A stretch of DNA of 64,000 nt from the NCBI RefSeq assembly GCF_009914755.1, contig NC_060931.1. One strand, written 5' to 3'. Position 1 is the first letter of the stretch, and each line of letters begins with the position of its first letter. Under the pieces are notes generated by a model. The model saw only the letters and a list, made by a program, of their open reading frames with translations. It made no database searches and was not told where the DNA came from. Both the position numbers and the translations under genes were made by a program. The stretch is from the human T2T-CHM13v2.0 reference genome, Homo sapiens. Shown piece by piece: positions 62,526-64,000 of this stretch.

Positions 62526-63494
62526 GAAAATAACACTGGGAATGGTGAAAATAGAGAAATACATGAATACATATGGGAAGTGAATAATCAGAAGACTTTT
62601 AGTATTTTTATTTAATACTTTGTCCTCACACTATAATTGTATGTCTTAAGTGTTAACTAGAGACTCTTCCCTTTCTTGTCTTTATTGATGACAGTCATAT
62701 CTGTTACTTTTACAGCAAAATTATCATAAATCTCTCTGACAAAAGGGTTACATTAATTCATTAAAAGAGCTAAATACATTTAAAACCGTTTCTGAGTGAC
62801 CATGAACAAAATAAAAATTGTACTATCAATTTCTAGAGCTATAATTTAATAAAATAAAATATTACTTGATGTTTAAAAGTCTGTATATGAGTTTAAGTCC
62901 ACTTCTAATAAATTATGGTGAGATTCTCAGGCATATTGCTTAACAAGGTTTGTGAATTACCCATTTTTTTCAATGTATTTTTACTAAAGATTTTGAGTAA
63001 TGAATCCCTTTACCCATGATAGAGACAATACCACCCCATTCACCCCAGAGTTAAGGAGAAGGGAGACATTGTTTAGTACTGCTATAGCAGCAGGGCTCTG
63101 TGGAGTTCCAGATGTGGAAGGGGGTTGTACCTTGTAGATACACAGCCCCTTCTCTGATTTTGTCTTCTTGCACCTGGGAATACTTAGGCACTTTACAGTC
63201 ACAGTGTCGTTCTCTGTGGGAATTTCTACTCACTAAATGGTAATTTATTTTTGCTTCCTTATTTCTCTGGCATTCTGACAACTTTTCAATGATAGGAATA
63301 TATTTATAAGACATTTTCACAGTATGAGCATAGCCACCTCAGAATTGTACTAAGGAGTGAATGGTACCCCTTCTTTAGTTATTGTTACCCTTGACTGAAA
63401 TAAAACTTCATTGAAATAAAACAATAGCCTTGAATGAAAGAAAACTTCTAGAATTTTTACTAAATACATGATTTTAAGCAGGTCTTTAAAGATT

Positions 63495-64000
63495 TTTTTT
63501 AAACTTTATTTTTCCTGCTTCATTTAATTATCAGAATTATGGAGTTTAAAAATACAACAGCTTTATGGATATAATTCATATACTGTACAACTCACCCATT
63601 TACAGCATACAATTCAGTGGCTTTTAGTATACTTCACAGGTTTTGCAACCTTACAACAGTCAATTTTAGAACATTTTCATCACCCCATAAAGAAACCTCT
63701 TACCTATTTGTGGTCATTCCCTATTCCTGCCTCCGCCCAGCCCCTGGCTAATCTACCTTCTGTCTCTATGGATTTGCCTGTTCTGGACAGTTCACGTAAA
63801 TGGAATTATATAATATGCAGCCTTTTGTGACTGCCTTCTCTCACTTAGCATAATATTTGTTAAAGTGCTTCCATGTATTAGTAGAATAGTTTGTTTCTTT
63901 TTTGTTGCCTAAAATATCCCACCGTATTGTATTAGTAGAATAGTTTCTTTTTTGTTGCCTAAAATATCCTACCATATGGCTAGTCCCCACGTTATCTGTT
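63495..64000 (-). mobile_element. L1MB-type 3' end (runs off window)
   Basis: AGCTTTATGGATATAATTCATATAC...TTTTAGAACATTTTCATCACCCC...TCTGTCTCTATGGATTTGCCTGTTCTGGAC. Confidence 0.85.

Overview
Primate (very probably human) intronic DNA: AT-rich, CpG-poor and repeat-saturated. The only protein-coding sequence I can support is a 92-bp internal exon at 33093-33184 (+). It encodes (G)[30 protein letters not shown], which I recognise as SUGCT (C7orf10, succinyl-CoA:glutarate CoA-transferase, CaiB/BaiF class III CoA-transferase family). The rest is its two flanking introns: about 78 Alu elements or fragments by manual count (roughly a third of the window), old L1/L2/MIR relics, Tigger/hAT/mariner MITEs, two solo ERV1 LTRs, a tailless 5S rRNA retrofragment and microsatellites. 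The supplied ORFs are repeat-derived or chance ORFs. I see no evidence for a novel multi-gene system. The most unusual structure is a sense-oriented solo LTR12 flanked by a ~230-bp direct duplication instead of a 4-bp TSD. It has 9 CCAAT boxes, a mutated polyA signal and a GTAAGT donor just 3' of it, so it may act as a cryptic internal SUGCT promoter (inference, untested). Other notable items: a textbook cryptic 3' splice site at 22061, an LTR10 with an AP-1 repeat inserted in an Alu, a 36-bp inverted duplication in an L1 relic, and inverted Alus around the coding exon. Repeat subfamily names come from recalled consensus motifs and repeat boundaries are approximate.
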